A stretch of 64,000 bases of DNA, taken from assembly GCA_963728245.1 (NCBI GenBank), contig CAVSJH010000001.1, forward strand, positions 493,154 to 557,153. The letters run 5' to 3'. Positions 1-8,786 of this stretch are shown here, piece by piece. This stretch comes from an uncultured Trueperaceae bacterium. Its GTDB lineage: Bacteria > Deinococcota > Deinococci > Deinococcales > Trueperaceae. How positions within the stretch are numbered: position 1 is the stretch's first letter; every line of letters starts with the position of its first letter. The translations under genes and the position numbers were made by a program. The notes beneath the pieces were generated by a model. The model searched no databases. It saw nothing but the letters and a program-made list of their open reading frames with translations, and had not been told where the DNA came from.

Positions 1-156
1 ACGCCGGCCGAACCCCGCGATCCGCCGGTCTCGACGCCCCTCGAAGCGACCTTCGAGGCGCTGTTGCCCGCCGGGACCGCGTGGGCCCGCAGCGCGACGG
101 GTTGGCACGTGCTGCCGCCGCTCGCCGGCCGCTTCGAGGGTGCGGTGCGGCCGTGA
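1..156 (+). CDS. 3' end of an upstream CDS (partial, product unknown)
   Basis: Frame 1 is open from the window edge to TGA 154-156. The stop overlaps GTG 153 (GTGA). The 51 visible residues carry no recognisable motif. Confidence 0.35.
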   Translation, partial: TPAEPRDPPVSTPLEATFEALLPAGTAWARSATGWHVLPPLAGRFEGAVRP

Positions 157-764
157 ACGTCTGGCGGGAGGCCGACGCCCGGCTGCGGTCGAGCGACATG
201 GCCCAGGTGGGCCTGCTGAGCCTGGCCGTCGTCGGTGCGGCCCTCGTGATCGCTTGGCCCGCCCGCACGGGCATCGCCCACGAGGGTTGGTACGCGGTCG
301 CGCAGACGCGCTCGGTGGTCGTCGCGCTGCTCGCCCTCGGCTACGGCACCACCCTCCCCCACCAGCCGACGCTGCGGGCATGGGGAACCGCGCTGGCGGT
401 GGTGATCGTCGCGCTCTCCGCGCTGCCCCTCGAACTGCTCGCCCACAGCGCCAGCGTGCCGGCCACGCCCGTCTGGTGGTCGTGGGTCATGACGCCCGTG
501 GCGGTGGCCGGCCAGCTCACGCTCGGCGCCGTGATCGGGACGATGGCGCGGTGGCTGCGGCTCGGTTCCCTCGTCGTCGTGCTGGTGCCGGCCGCGATCG
601 CGGGCGCCGTGGCGCTCGACATCCGGCTCGGCGTCACGACCTTCAACCCGCTGACGGCGGCGTTGCAGGTCGCGCCCGCCTACCTGGCGGTCCACCTGGC
701 GTTGGGGCTGGTCGGTGTGGCGCTCCTCGTCGGCAAGGGCCGGCGGCGGCGGAGCGCGACGTGA
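153..764 (+). CDS. polytopic membrane protein, function unknown
   Basis: Part of ORF 81..764. Strongly hydrophobic from MAQVGLLSLAVVGAALV onward, with several predicted TM helices. GTG 153 overlaps the preceding stop; ATG 198 is an alternative start. Its stop overlaps the next start (GTGA 761-764). Confidence 0.6.
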   Translation: MNVWREADARLRSSDMAQVGLLSLAVVGAALVIAWPARTGIAHEGWYAVAQTRSVVVALLALGYGTTLPHQPTLRAWGTALAVVIVALSALPLELLAHSASVPATPVWWSWVMTPVAVAGQLTLGAVIGTMARWLRLGSLVVVLVPAAIAGAVALDIRLGVTTFNPLTAALQVAPAYLAVHLALGLVGVALLVGKGRRRRSAT

Positions 765-2074
765 CGATCGCGCCCATCCACGTGCGGACCGCGCGGCGAC
801 ACCGACGTTCGCGTCGTGCCACCCGCGCCGCGCTCGCCGCGGCCGCCGTCAGCCTCGTGGCGTGGTGGCTCGGCGTCGCCGCCCTGCCGCACGCCTTGAT
901 CGTCCTGGGCGCGGCGGCGCTGGGGGCGGCGTGGCCGGTGCGCTCGGGCGAGGACGCGGCGCTGCGCTGGGTGGGCGCGCGGGTCGGTCTCGCGTACGAG
1001 ACGGCCCTCGAGAGCGGCGAACGCGACGATGCCTTCGGCCTGCTCGAAGCGGTCCGGGTGCAAGGGCGGCTCGTGGTGCGCGACCTCGCGCCGCCGCCCG
1101 AGCCGGCCTGGTGGCTGCCGGCGGCGTTGTTCGCCGCCACGCTCTGGGCCTGGGGCGCCTTGGTGGGGGCGCCCTGGTCGGGCGCTCCCTTCGCGACCGA
1201 ACCGGGCGGCGCGCCCAACCCCGCCACGCCACCGCCTGCGAGCGCACCGCCGCTCGAGGAGCCGGTGCCCGCCGACCTGCCCGACGAGCCGCCCGAGTCG
1301 GTGGCGGCGGACGCTCCGCCCCGTGACGGCGGCGCGGAGGGCGAGGGCGGTGCCGGCGACGGCGGCGAAGGGGCCGACGGCGTCGCGAGCGAGCGCGATG
1401 CGCTCGAGCGTTTCGTCGAGAACCTGCGGGAGCGCGAGCCGGAGCCGGAGGACGATGCGACCGAACCGGACGGCGCGGCCGGCGACGCGGCCGGCGAGGC
1501 GTCCGACGAAGCCGGCGATCCGAACGCCACAGATCCCGGCGACGAGAGCGACCCCACCGACCGTCGTCCCGGCGAGGGCGAGGCGGACGGCGAACCCGGC
1601 GACGGAGAGGGCGAGCAAGGCGGTGCGGCCGGCGACGAAACCGAGCCCGGCGACGAGGCCGGCCCGGGCGCGGAAGACGCCGAAGGCGACGGCCAAGCGC
1701 CGGGTGAGGACGGCGGTGCCCCGACCGAGAACGAGGGGTCACCCGAGAGCGGGCAGGGCGATGGCGAGAACGCGGGTGCAGCCGGCGTCGACCCGGGAGA
1801 AGAGGGCGGCGAGGGGGGACTCGGGCCCGGCGTCGAAGGTGAGGCCGGTGAGGCGCTGGCGGGCGAGGGCGCCACGCCCGAGGCGCTCCCGTCGATCATC
1901 GGACCGGGGCCCGAGACGCCTGTCGGCGGCGTGCAGCTGCCGGGGTCCGAGGGGGACGGGGTGCTTCCGTCGGGCTCGGCGGGCGCCGCGTACCGGCGCG
2001 CCGTGGAGGAAGCGCTGACGGACGGCGACGTGCCGGTGCCGTACCAAGAGGTGATCCGCCGCTACTTCCAGTGA
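761..2074 (+). CDS. membrane-anchored protein with long acidic Gly/Glu/Asp/Pro-rich low-complexity region
   Basis: In frame with ORF 140..2074, starting at GTG 761. Two hydrophobic helices (AAVSLVAWWLGVAALPHALIVLGAAALGAAW; WWLPAALFAATLWAWGALVGA). These are followed by a long G/E/D/A/P tract and an ordered-looking C-terminus ending PVPYQEVIRRYFQ. Confidence 0.65.
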   Translation: MTIAPIHVRTARRHRRSRRATRAALAAAAVSLVAWWLGVAALPHALIVLGAAALGAAWPVRSGEDAALRWVGARVGLAYETALESGERDDAFGLLEAVRVQGRLVVRDLAPPPEPAWWLPAALFAATLWAWGALVGAPWSGAPFATEPGGAPNPATPPPASAPPLEEPVPADLPDEPPESVAADAPPRDGGAEGEGGAGDGGEGADGVASERDALERFVENLREREPEPEDDATEPDGAAGDAAGEASDEAGDPNATDPGDESDPTDRRPGEGEADGEPGDGEGEQGGAAGDETEPGDEAGPGAEDAEGDGQAPGEDGGAPTENEGSPESGQGDGENAGAAGVDPGEEGGEGGLGPGVEGEAGEALAGEGATPEALPSIIGPGPETPVGGVQLPGSEGDGVLPSGSAGAAYRRAVEEALTDGDVPVPYQEVIRRYFQ

Positions 2075-2083
2075 GATCCGTGG

Positions 2084-2719
2084 TCAGTGAGGTTCGTGGT
2101 CGGGGTCGAGCGCGTCGTCGACGGGGGTCCGTCGCAGGTCGGCCTCGCCGCGGGTCAGGTCGGCGACGAGCACCTCGAACGCATCGGCACTCGCGCTCTC
2201 GACCGTTCCTCGCAGCACAAGGCCGTCGGCATCGAAGTCGGCCGGCGCGACGGCGACGTCGGCCCGGCCCGCCAGCGTCCGCAAGAGCGCGTCCGCGTCC
2301 CCGAAGCCGGCCCGCAGCACGAACGCGTCCCGGTCGGGCACGACCGTGGTGCCAGCGGCGTCGAGCGCACGCGCGACCGCACCGCCGTAGGCGCGCGCCA
2401 GACCGCCGGCCCCGAGCTTCACGCCGCCGAAGCGCCGCACCACGATCGCCGCGACGCGGTCCAGGCCGCGCTTGTCGAGCACTTCGAGCATGGGGCGACC
2501 GGCGGTGCCGCCCGGTTCGCCGTCGTCCGACCAGCGCCGCTCGGTGCCCCACACCAGGGCCCAACAGACATGGTTCGCGTCGGGGTGCGCCGACCGGGCC
2601 CCGTGCACCCAGGCTTCGACGTCCCCGGGTCGGGTCAGCGGCCCGACGGTCGCTTCGAAGCGCGACCGCTTCACCACCTCCACGTGCGACGACCGGCGGG
2701 CGAGGGTGAGGTATCCCAT
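2084..2719 (-). CDS. YigZ / IMPACT-family (UPF0029) protein
   Basis: 211-aa ORF with the family-typical core KRSRFEATV...HVCWALV...WSDDGEPGGTAGRPMLEVL...VVRRFGGVKLGAGGLARAY. Confidence 0.85.
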   Translation of the reverse strand: MGYLTLARRSSHVEVVKRSRFEATVGPLTRPGDVEAWVHGARSAHPDANHVCWALVWGTERRWSDDGEPGGTAGRPMLEVLDKRGLDRVAAIVVRRFGGVKLGAGGLARAYGGAVARALDAAGTTVVPDRDAFVLRAGFGDADALLRTLAGRADVAVAPADFDADGLVLRGTVESASADAFEVLVADLTRGEADLRRTPVDDALDPDHEPH

Positions 2720-2989
2720 GCCGGCAGCCTACCGGGCGCCCTCCGTTCGCGACGGTGGCGGCGTCCGCACGACCCCGTGGTAGCGTGCGCCATGGCCGCC
2801 GCGCAACGATGCCCGTTCGAGGGTCTCCCCGGTGGGCGATGTCGTCGATCCGTGCGAAGGCGCCCCGATGGCGCCGGGCACCCACACGTGCCGACGACCT
2901 CCTGAACCGATCCGAACCCATTCGACCCCGCCCGTCGGCGAGGTCGCGACGTCCGCGGCGAACGCCGCGGGGTCTCGCGAGGTGACCTG

Positions 2990-4432
2990 ATGCCGCTCGT
3001 GCTCTTCGACACGCTCACGCGTCGCAAGGTGCCGTTCGAACCCGTCGTACCCGGTCGTGCGGGCGTCTACTTCTGCGGTCCCACCGTGTACTCCGAACCC
3101 CATCTGGGGCACGCTCGCGGCCCCGTCGTGTTCGACGTGTTGCGCCGTTGGCTCGAGCACGAGGGCTTGGTCGTTCGACTCGTGATGAACGTGACCGACG
3201 TCGGCCACCTCACCGACGACGCCGACGAGGGCGAGGACAAGCTGGCCCGTCGGGCGGCGCTCGAGCGCCTCGAACCGATGGAGGTGGCCGAGAAGTACTT
3301 CTGGGCCTACTTCGACGCCATGGAACGCCTCGGCGTCCGGCGACCGAGCGTCGTACCGCGGGCCACGGGCCACATCGTCGAGCAGATCGAGCTCGCCGAG
3401 TCCCTGCTCGAACGAGGCGTGGCCTACGAGGTGAACGGGAGCGTCTACTTCGACGTGTCGGCGTGGTCGTCCTACGGCGAACTGTCGGGCCGCGACCCGA
3501 ACGAGCAGCTCGAGGGGACGCGCGTGGAGGTCCGGGGCGAGAAGCGCGACCCGCGTGACTTCGCGTTGTGGAAGCGCGCGGAGCCGAGCCACCTGATGCG
3601 CTGGCGGAGCCCCTGGGGCGAGGGTTTCCCGGGGTGGCACCTCGAGTGCTCGGTCATGAGCACGAAGTACCTCGGGGACGAGTTCGACATCCACGGCGGC
3701 GGTCTGGACCTCGTGTTCCCGCACCACGAGTGCGAGCTGGCCCAGGCCCGCGCCGCGGGCAAGCGCTTCGCGCGCGTCTGGGTGCACTGGAACATGTTGA
3801 CGCTGCAGGGCGAGAAGATGTCGAAGTCCAAGGGGCACGTGGTCGAGCTCAACGCCCTCTTCGAACGCCACGATCCGAGCGCGGTTCGTTTCCACCTCCT
3901 GCGGTCGCACTACCGCAGCCTGAGCGACTTCGCCGACGACGCGGTGACGGCCTCGGCCCAGGGCCTGAAGCGCCTGCGAGCCGGGTACGCCGCGTGGCGC
4001 GCCGCCGCCGGACCCGCAGCCGACGACGCGCCCGCGGCGCCGTCGGGCGGCGACCCGTTCGCCACGGCCCGCCAGCGCTTCGCCGAGGCGATGGACGACG
4101 ACCTGCACACGCCCGAGGCGATCGCCGTGCTCTTCGACGTCGCCCGCGACGCGAACCGGGCGGTCGAGGCCGGCCAGCGATCGGTGGCCTCTGCTGCGGT
4201 CGCCCTGTTCGACGACCTGCTCCAGGGCGTGCTGGGCGTGCCCGCATCGAGCGACGCGGCCCCCGACGCCGAGTTGGTCGGCGGCGTCACCGACCTCGTT
4301 CTGGACGCGCGCCTGGCGGCCAGGAAGGGGCGCGACTTCAGCACCGCGGACGCGATCCGCGACCGGCTCGCCGAACTCGGGATCGTCGTCGAAGACACCC
4401 CGGACGGGGCCCGCTGGCACCGCGAACGCTGA
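2990..4432 (+). CDS. cysS: cysteine--tRNA ligase
   Basis: 480-aa ORF carrying the class I HIGH motif (PHLGHARG) and KMSKS (GEKMSKSKG). An SD-like GAGGTGA precedes the ATG. Confidence 0.97.
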   Translation: MPLVLFDTLTRRKVPFEPVVPGRAGVYFCGPTVYSEPHLGHARGPVVFDVLRRWLEHEGLVVRLVMNVTDVGHLTDDADEGEDKLARRAALERLEPMEVAEKYFWAYFDAMERLGVRRPSVVPRATGHIVEQIELAESLLERGVAYEVNGSVYFDVSAWSSYGELSGRDPNEQLEGTRVEVRGEKRDPRDFALWKRAEPSHLMRWRSPWGEGFPGWHLECSVMSTKYLGDEFDIHGGGLDLVFPHHECELAQARAAGKRFARVWVHWNMLTLQGEKMSKSKGHVVELNALFERHDPSAVRFHLLRSHYRSLSDFADDAVTASAQGLKRLRAGYAAWRAAAGPAADDAPAAPSGGDPFATARQRFAEAMDDDLHTPEAIAVLFDVARDANRAVEAGQRSVASAAVALFDDLLQGVLGVPASSDAAPDAELVGGVTDLVLDARLAARKGRDFSTADAIRDRLAELGIVVEDTPDGARWHRER

Positions 4433-4529
4433 CCGCCCGCGCCGATGGCGGCCCGGCCGGTGCCCAGGACCCCTCGGCCACGGCCGGGAACCCGCGCCTC
4501 GGGCGCCACGCTCGCGCGAACCTAGGCGC

Positions 4530-5702
4530 ATGGCGCCGCCCACCCCGGACGCGGTCGACGACGAGACGCTCGCGCTCTTGGCGTTGGCCCGCACGCCCGA
4601 CCTCGGTCCCGTCCGCATCGCCGCGCTGCTCGAGCGGTACGGGTCGGCGCGTGGGGTCGTGGCCGCCGCCCGGGACGTGGGCGCCGGCCGGGTCGCGGCG
4701 CCTGCCGTCGCCGGTCTGGGCGCGCCGCGCCTGGCCCGCGTCCTCGACGGGATCGATCTCGCTGCGGCGCGACGTGAGACCGAGCGCGGACGCCGGCTCG
4801 GGGCGCGGCTGGTGTGCGCGGGCACCGAGGACTACCCGGACGCCTGGCGTCTCGCCGAAGGTTGGCCACCGGTCCTGTGGGTGCGCGGCGCCTGGCCCGC
4901 CGCCCTGAGGGTCGCCGCACCGGTCGCCCTCGCCGTGGTCGGGCCACGCCGGGCTTCGGCGGCCGCGTGCGCGTTCGCCACCCAGGTCGCCGAACGGTCG
5001 GCGTGGGCGGGGGCCTGGGTCGTGTCCGGTCTGGCCTTCGGCGTGGACGCGGCGGCGCACAGGGCCGCCGTCGGAGCGGCGCGGGCGGGCGCGCCGGCGG
5101 GCACCGTGGCGGTCCTCGCCTCCGGTGTCGATCGGCCCACGCCCACCAGCCACCGCGAGCTCGCCCGGTCGATCCTGGACGCCGGTGGCTCGCTGGTGGC
5201 CGCCGCGCCGATCGGCACCGGACCGCCCCCCGGCGCGTTCCCCGTTCGCAACCGCTGGATCGCGGGTCTGGCAGGTGCGGTGGTGGTGGTCGAAGCGGGT
5301 CGGACGTCCGGCGCTCTCCACACCGCGAGTGCCGCCCTCGATCTCGGCCGCGAGGTCCTGGTGGCCACCGCGCGGCCGTGGGACGACCACGCGGCGGGGT
5401 CGCTCGGCCTGCTCCGGGACGGCGCCACGCCCCTGGTCGACGCCGACGACGCGTGGCGGGCGTTGCCCACGGGCACGCGAGCGCCGGCGTCGGTCCCGTC
5501 TCCCGCACCCACACCCGCACCCACACCCTGGGACCGCGTCCTGGGGGCCACCCCGTCCTCGGCGGAGACGCTCGCTGGCTCGCTCGGTCTGCCGATCGGC
5601 GCGACCCTCGCGGCGCTCGAGGCCGGCGTCCTCGAAGGTTGGGCGCAGCGCGTGGGTGCCCACGGGTACGCCCGCGCGGGACCCGGGTCGTCTCGGACGT
5701 GA
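4530..5702 (+). CDS. dprA: DNA-processing protein DprA/Smf
   Basis: 390-aa ORF with the DprA Rossmann core (VVSGLAFGVDAAAHRAAV...VLASGVD...NRWIAGLAGAVVVVEAGRTSGAL). Confidence 0.9.
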   Translation: MAPPTPDAVDDETLALLALARTPDLGPVRIAALLERYGSARGVVAAARDVGAGRVAAPAVAGLGAPRLARVLDGIDLAAARRETERGRRLGARLVCAGTEDYPDAWRLAEGWPPVLWVRGAWPAALRVAAPVALAVVGPRRASAAACAFATQVAERSAWAGAWVVSGLAFGVDAAAHRAAVGAARAGAPAGTVAVLASGVDRPTPTSHRELARSILDAGGSLVAAAPIGTGPPPGAFPVRNRWIAGLAGAVVVVEAGRTSGALHTASAALDLGREVLVATARPWDDHAAGSLGLLRDGATPLVDADDAWRALPTGTRAPASVPSPAPTPAPTPWDRVLGATPSSAETLAGSLGLPIGATLAALEAGVLEGWAQRVGAHGYARAGPGSSRT

Positions 5703-5785
5703 AGGCGCTTGGGCCACCCGTCGCGACGGCGCGTCGGGGGCGGCGTCGGCCGTTGCCCATCGCTCGAGACTAGGACCCAGACCCA

Positions 5786-5814
5786 TAGACACCCCCCTCG
5801 CGGACGGGTAACCT
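5786..5814 (+). promoter_or_regulatory. candidate sigma-70-type promoter of the sugar ABC operon
   Basis: TAGACA (5786-5791), 17-nt spacer, then TAACCT (5809-5814) preceded by GGG. It lies about 80 nt upstream of ATG 5895. Confidence 0.45.
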
Positions 5815-5894
5815 TGGACCGTCATCCGCTCTGCGCACGAAGGGTTCCTCGATCTCGACCGACGGGCCCGGTGGACCTTCAGGAAGGTGCAGAG

Positions 5895-7103
5895 ATGGAA
5901 GGGAGATCGATCATCTTGAAGAAGCTCACGATCCTACTCGTCACGGTCATCGCCTCGCTCGGGTTCGCGTTCGGGCAGGGCCTCACGGTCTGGACCACGT
6001 TCGGCGACCAGTCGCTCGAGTGGCTCCAAGGGGAGGCCGACTCGTTCGGCTCCGCGTTCGGCGTGCCCGTGAACGTCGTGAAGCTCGACCTGGGCGAGCT
6101 GCAGCAGCAGGCGCTGCTGGCCGCGCCGCAGGGCGAAGCCGGCGACCTCTTCGTCGGCATCCCGCACGACCAATTGGCCGGTCTCGCCGAAGGCGGCGTT
6201 CTGGCCGACATGTCGGCGTACGCCACCTCCGGCTACCTGGCCGACCTCGGTGAGCAAGCGCGGCTCGCGTACACCTACAACGGCCGGCTGTTCGGCCTGC
6301 CGATGTTCGTCGAGGGTCCGGCGCTCGTCATCAACACCGACCTCGTCCCCAACCCGCCGGCCACGTACGAGGAGTTCATCGCGCTCGCGCAGGAACTCAC
6401 GACCGCCGACACGTTCGGGTTCATGTTCGACGCGCCCAACTTCTACTTCGCCTACGGCTGGATCCACACCTTCGGCGGGTACGTGTTCGGACGCGACGAC
6501 ACGGGTAGCCTCGTTGCCGACGACATCGGGATCGCCACCGAGGACGCCGTCCGAGGTGCGCAGGCGCTCAAGGACCTCCGGTACGAGTACGACCTCCTGC
6601 CTTCCGGCACCAACTACGACGTGGCCAACGGCCTGTTCATCGACGGTGCCCTGGCGATGATGTACAACGGCCCCTGGGCGATCAGCCAGTACCGGGAAGC
6701 CGGCATCGACGTCGAGATCCTGCCGGTCCCGCCGCTCGCCGACGGCACCGAGTTCAGTGGCTTCATGGGCGTGCAAGGCGTGCTCATGAACCAGTTCAGC
6801 GAAGCCAAGGTCGACGCCGCCAACTTCGCCAAGTGGATCACCCGCTCCGACGCGCAGGTCGGTCTGGCCCGCCTCTCCGGTCGCATCCCGGCCTCCGAGA
6901 GCGCGCTCGCGATCGTCAGCGACGACCCGATCATCTCGGGCTTCGGCAACGCCCTCCTCGACAGTGAGCCGATGCCCAACATCCCCCGCATGGGTCAGGT
7001 CTGGGGTCCGGTCGGCAGCGCGCTGGCCGTCATCCTCGAGACCGAGGACTCCGACGTCGCGGCCGCGCTGGAGAACGCTCGGCGCGAGATCGCCGGCGAG
7101 TGA
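5895..7103 (+). CDS. maltose/maltodextrin-type ABC transporter substrate-binding protein
   Basis: In ORF 5709..7103. ATG 5895 is preceded by AGGAAGG. Signal peptide MEGRSIILKKLTILLVTVIASLGFAFGQG. Family-1 SBP features are present (PWAISQYREAGIDVEILPVP). It sits immediately upstream of MalF/MalG-type permeases. Confidence 0.85.
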   Translation: MEGRSIILKKLTILLVTVIASLGFAFGQGLTVWTTFGDQSLEWLQGEADSFGSAFGVPVNVVKLDLGELQQQALLAAPQGEAGDLFVGIPHDQLAGLAEGGVLADMSAYATSGYLADLGEQARLAYTYNGRLFGLPMFVEGPALVINTDLVPNPPATYEEFIALAQELTTADTFGFMFDAPNFYFAYGWIHTFGGYVFGRDDTGSLVADDIGIATEDAVRGAQALKDLRYEYDLLPSGTNYDVANGLFIDGALAMMYNGPWAISQYREAGIDVEILPVPPLADGTEFSGFMGVQGVLMNQFSEAKVDAANFAKWITRSDAQVGLARLSGRIPASESALAIVSDDPIISGFGNALLDSEPMPNIPRMGQVWGPVGSALAVILETEDSDVAAALENARREIAGE

Positions 7104-7132
7104 GCGACCGGAACGACCCGCGCTAGGTCTTG

Positions 7133-7163
7133 CGGCGGTCAGGGGCGATGCCCCTGACCGCCG
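7133..7163 (+). other. perfect 14-bp stem / 3-nt loop hairpin between binding-protein and permease genes
   Basis: CGGCGGTCAGGGGC-GAT-GCCCCTGACCGCCG, with no T-run after it. It lies between the stop at 7103 and the SD at 7171. Confidence 0.7.
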
Positions 7164-7289
7164 ACCCCTAAGGGAGGACCCACCATCGACCTCACGACCG
7201 CACGCGACTTCCTGCCGAGATCACGGACGACCACCGGTGGGCTCTTCAAATCGCTGCTGCTGCTCAGCGCAGCGCTCGCGTTCGCCATC

Positions 7290-8786
7290 GTGGTCGGTGC
7301 GCTGGGGCTCCTCGCGCTCCGCGCGTTCTTCTCGCTCGCACCCACGTGGAGCGCCCTGCCGATCGCCCTCGTCGCGCTCGTATCTGCACTGGCCCTGATC
7401 TCGCGCCGATTCGCGTGGATCATGCCCTGGTATTACGTCCTGCCCGCGATCGTCTTCTTGCTGACCTTCACGTTCTTCCCGGTCGTCCTCACGATCTATC
7501 TCGCCTTCACCGACTACGCCGGCATCCGCAACGGCCAGTTGAACGTGTCGACCACGACGGAGGTCGTGGCCGCCGAGGGCACGCGCGTCACGATCGCCGA
7601 TCCGGCGAGCCTCAACTGCGCCGACCTGCGCAACGGTTGCGCCGACGTTCGCGCAGAGGTCTACAGCTTCGAGCTGCTGGGGGTCGAAGCCGCGTCCTAC
7701 GAGGACGGGGTGCTCGTCCTTGCCGAACCCCTCCCGCCGGGACGAGCGGCGCGGGAGGTCGAGCTGTTCCTGCCCGATCTCGGGTTCGCCTTCTCGACCG
7801 ACGTGGTCGACGTGGACGCGGAGCGCGTGACGCTCGGTCGGGCGCCACCGTTCCCGCCCGACCTGACCACGGTGACGTTCCAGATGGCCACCGACCTGAC
7901 CCGCACCATCGTGCGCGATGACGGGGCCGTGCTCGAGCTCGACGCGCCGTTGCCGGCCGGTTTCGAACCCACCGCCATCGCCCGTTACAACGACTACGGC
8001 TTCGTCGGCTGGAGCAACTTCCGCACGATCTTTGCGGCGGCACAGCGGTCGCTCATCCCGGTGTTCACCTGGAACATCACCTTCGCCGTGTCGACCATCC
8101 TGATCAACCTCGTCGCGGGCGTGTTCCTGGCGGTGTTGCTCAACAACCCCGACCTGCGCTTGCGCAACCTCTACCGGACCTTGCTCATCTTGCCGTGGGC
8201 GTTGCCCAGCATCATCACGATCCAGGTCTGGAGAGGGTTCCTCAACGAGAACTTCGGCGCCATCAACCGGTTGCTGATGTTGTTCGACGTCACGCCCGAG
8301 CCCATCAACTGGCTCGGCACGGTCGGCGCGACGCGCGCCGCCGTGTTGATCGTCAACCTCTGGTTGGGTCTGCCGTTCATGATGACCGCCGTGCTGGGCG
8401 CGCTGTCGGCGATCCCACGCGAGCTCTACGAGGCGGCGAAGATCGACGGGGCGACGCCGATGCAGAGCTTCTGGGGCGTGACCGCCCCGCTGTTGCGGAC
8501 CGCGATGATCCCGATCACGCTCACCGGGTTCGCCTTCAACTTCAACAACTTCAACCTGATCTTCTTGCTGAACGACGGGGGACCCCCCATCGCCGGCGGT
8601 ACCGCGACCGCCCGTGGCACCGACATCCTCATCAGCTGGGCGTACAACGAGGCCTTCCGCACCCAAGGCGGCTTCGCCTACGGGCTCGGGTCCGCCATCT
8701 CGATCCTGATCTTCATCATCACGATCGCGGTCAGCCTGGTGAACTTCCGGGTCACGGGCGCGTTGAAGGAGGTCAGGAACACGTGA
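7290..8786 (+). CDS. ABC sugar permease, MalF-like (start probably further upstream, see findings)
   Basis: 498-aa ORF from the first canonical start, GTG 7290. EAA loop ELYEAAKIDGATPMQSFWGVTAPLL, multiple TM segments and a large extracytoplasmic loop. The frame is open back to 7158. Confidence 0.85.
   Translation: MVGALGLLALRAFFSLAPTWSALPIALVALVSALALISRRFAWIMPWYYVLPAIVFLLTFTFFPVVLTIYLAFTDYAGIRNGQLNVSTTTEVVAAEGTRVTIADPASLNCADLRNGCADVRAEVYSFELLGVEAASYEDGVLVLAEPLPPGRAAREVELFLPDLGFAFSTDVVDVDAERVTLGRAPPFPPDLTTVTFQMATDLTRTIVRDDGAVLELDAPLPAGFEPTAIARYNDYGFVGWSNFRTIFAAAQRSLIPVFTWNITFAVSTILINLVAGVFLAVLLNNPDLRLRNLYRTLLILPWALPSIITIQVWRGFLNENFGAINRLLMLFDVTPEPINWLGTVGATRAAVLIVNLWLGLPFMMTAVLGALSAIPRELYEAAKIDGATPMQSFWGVTAPLLRTAMIPITLTGFAFNFNNFNLIFLLNDGGPPIAGGTATARGTDILISWAYNEAFRTQGGFAYGLGSAISILIFIITIAVSLVNFRVTGALKEVRNT

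Noticed and set aside
2787-2989. T-box riboswitch upstream of cysS; the same question was asked of the ilvB leader at 54500..54724
   Set aside because: I could not find the conserved T-box sequence (GGGUGGUACCGCG-like) or a UGGN bulge matched to the tRNA discriminator. There is also no recognisable stem I with a specifier loop. The regions are kept only as unclassified structured leaders.
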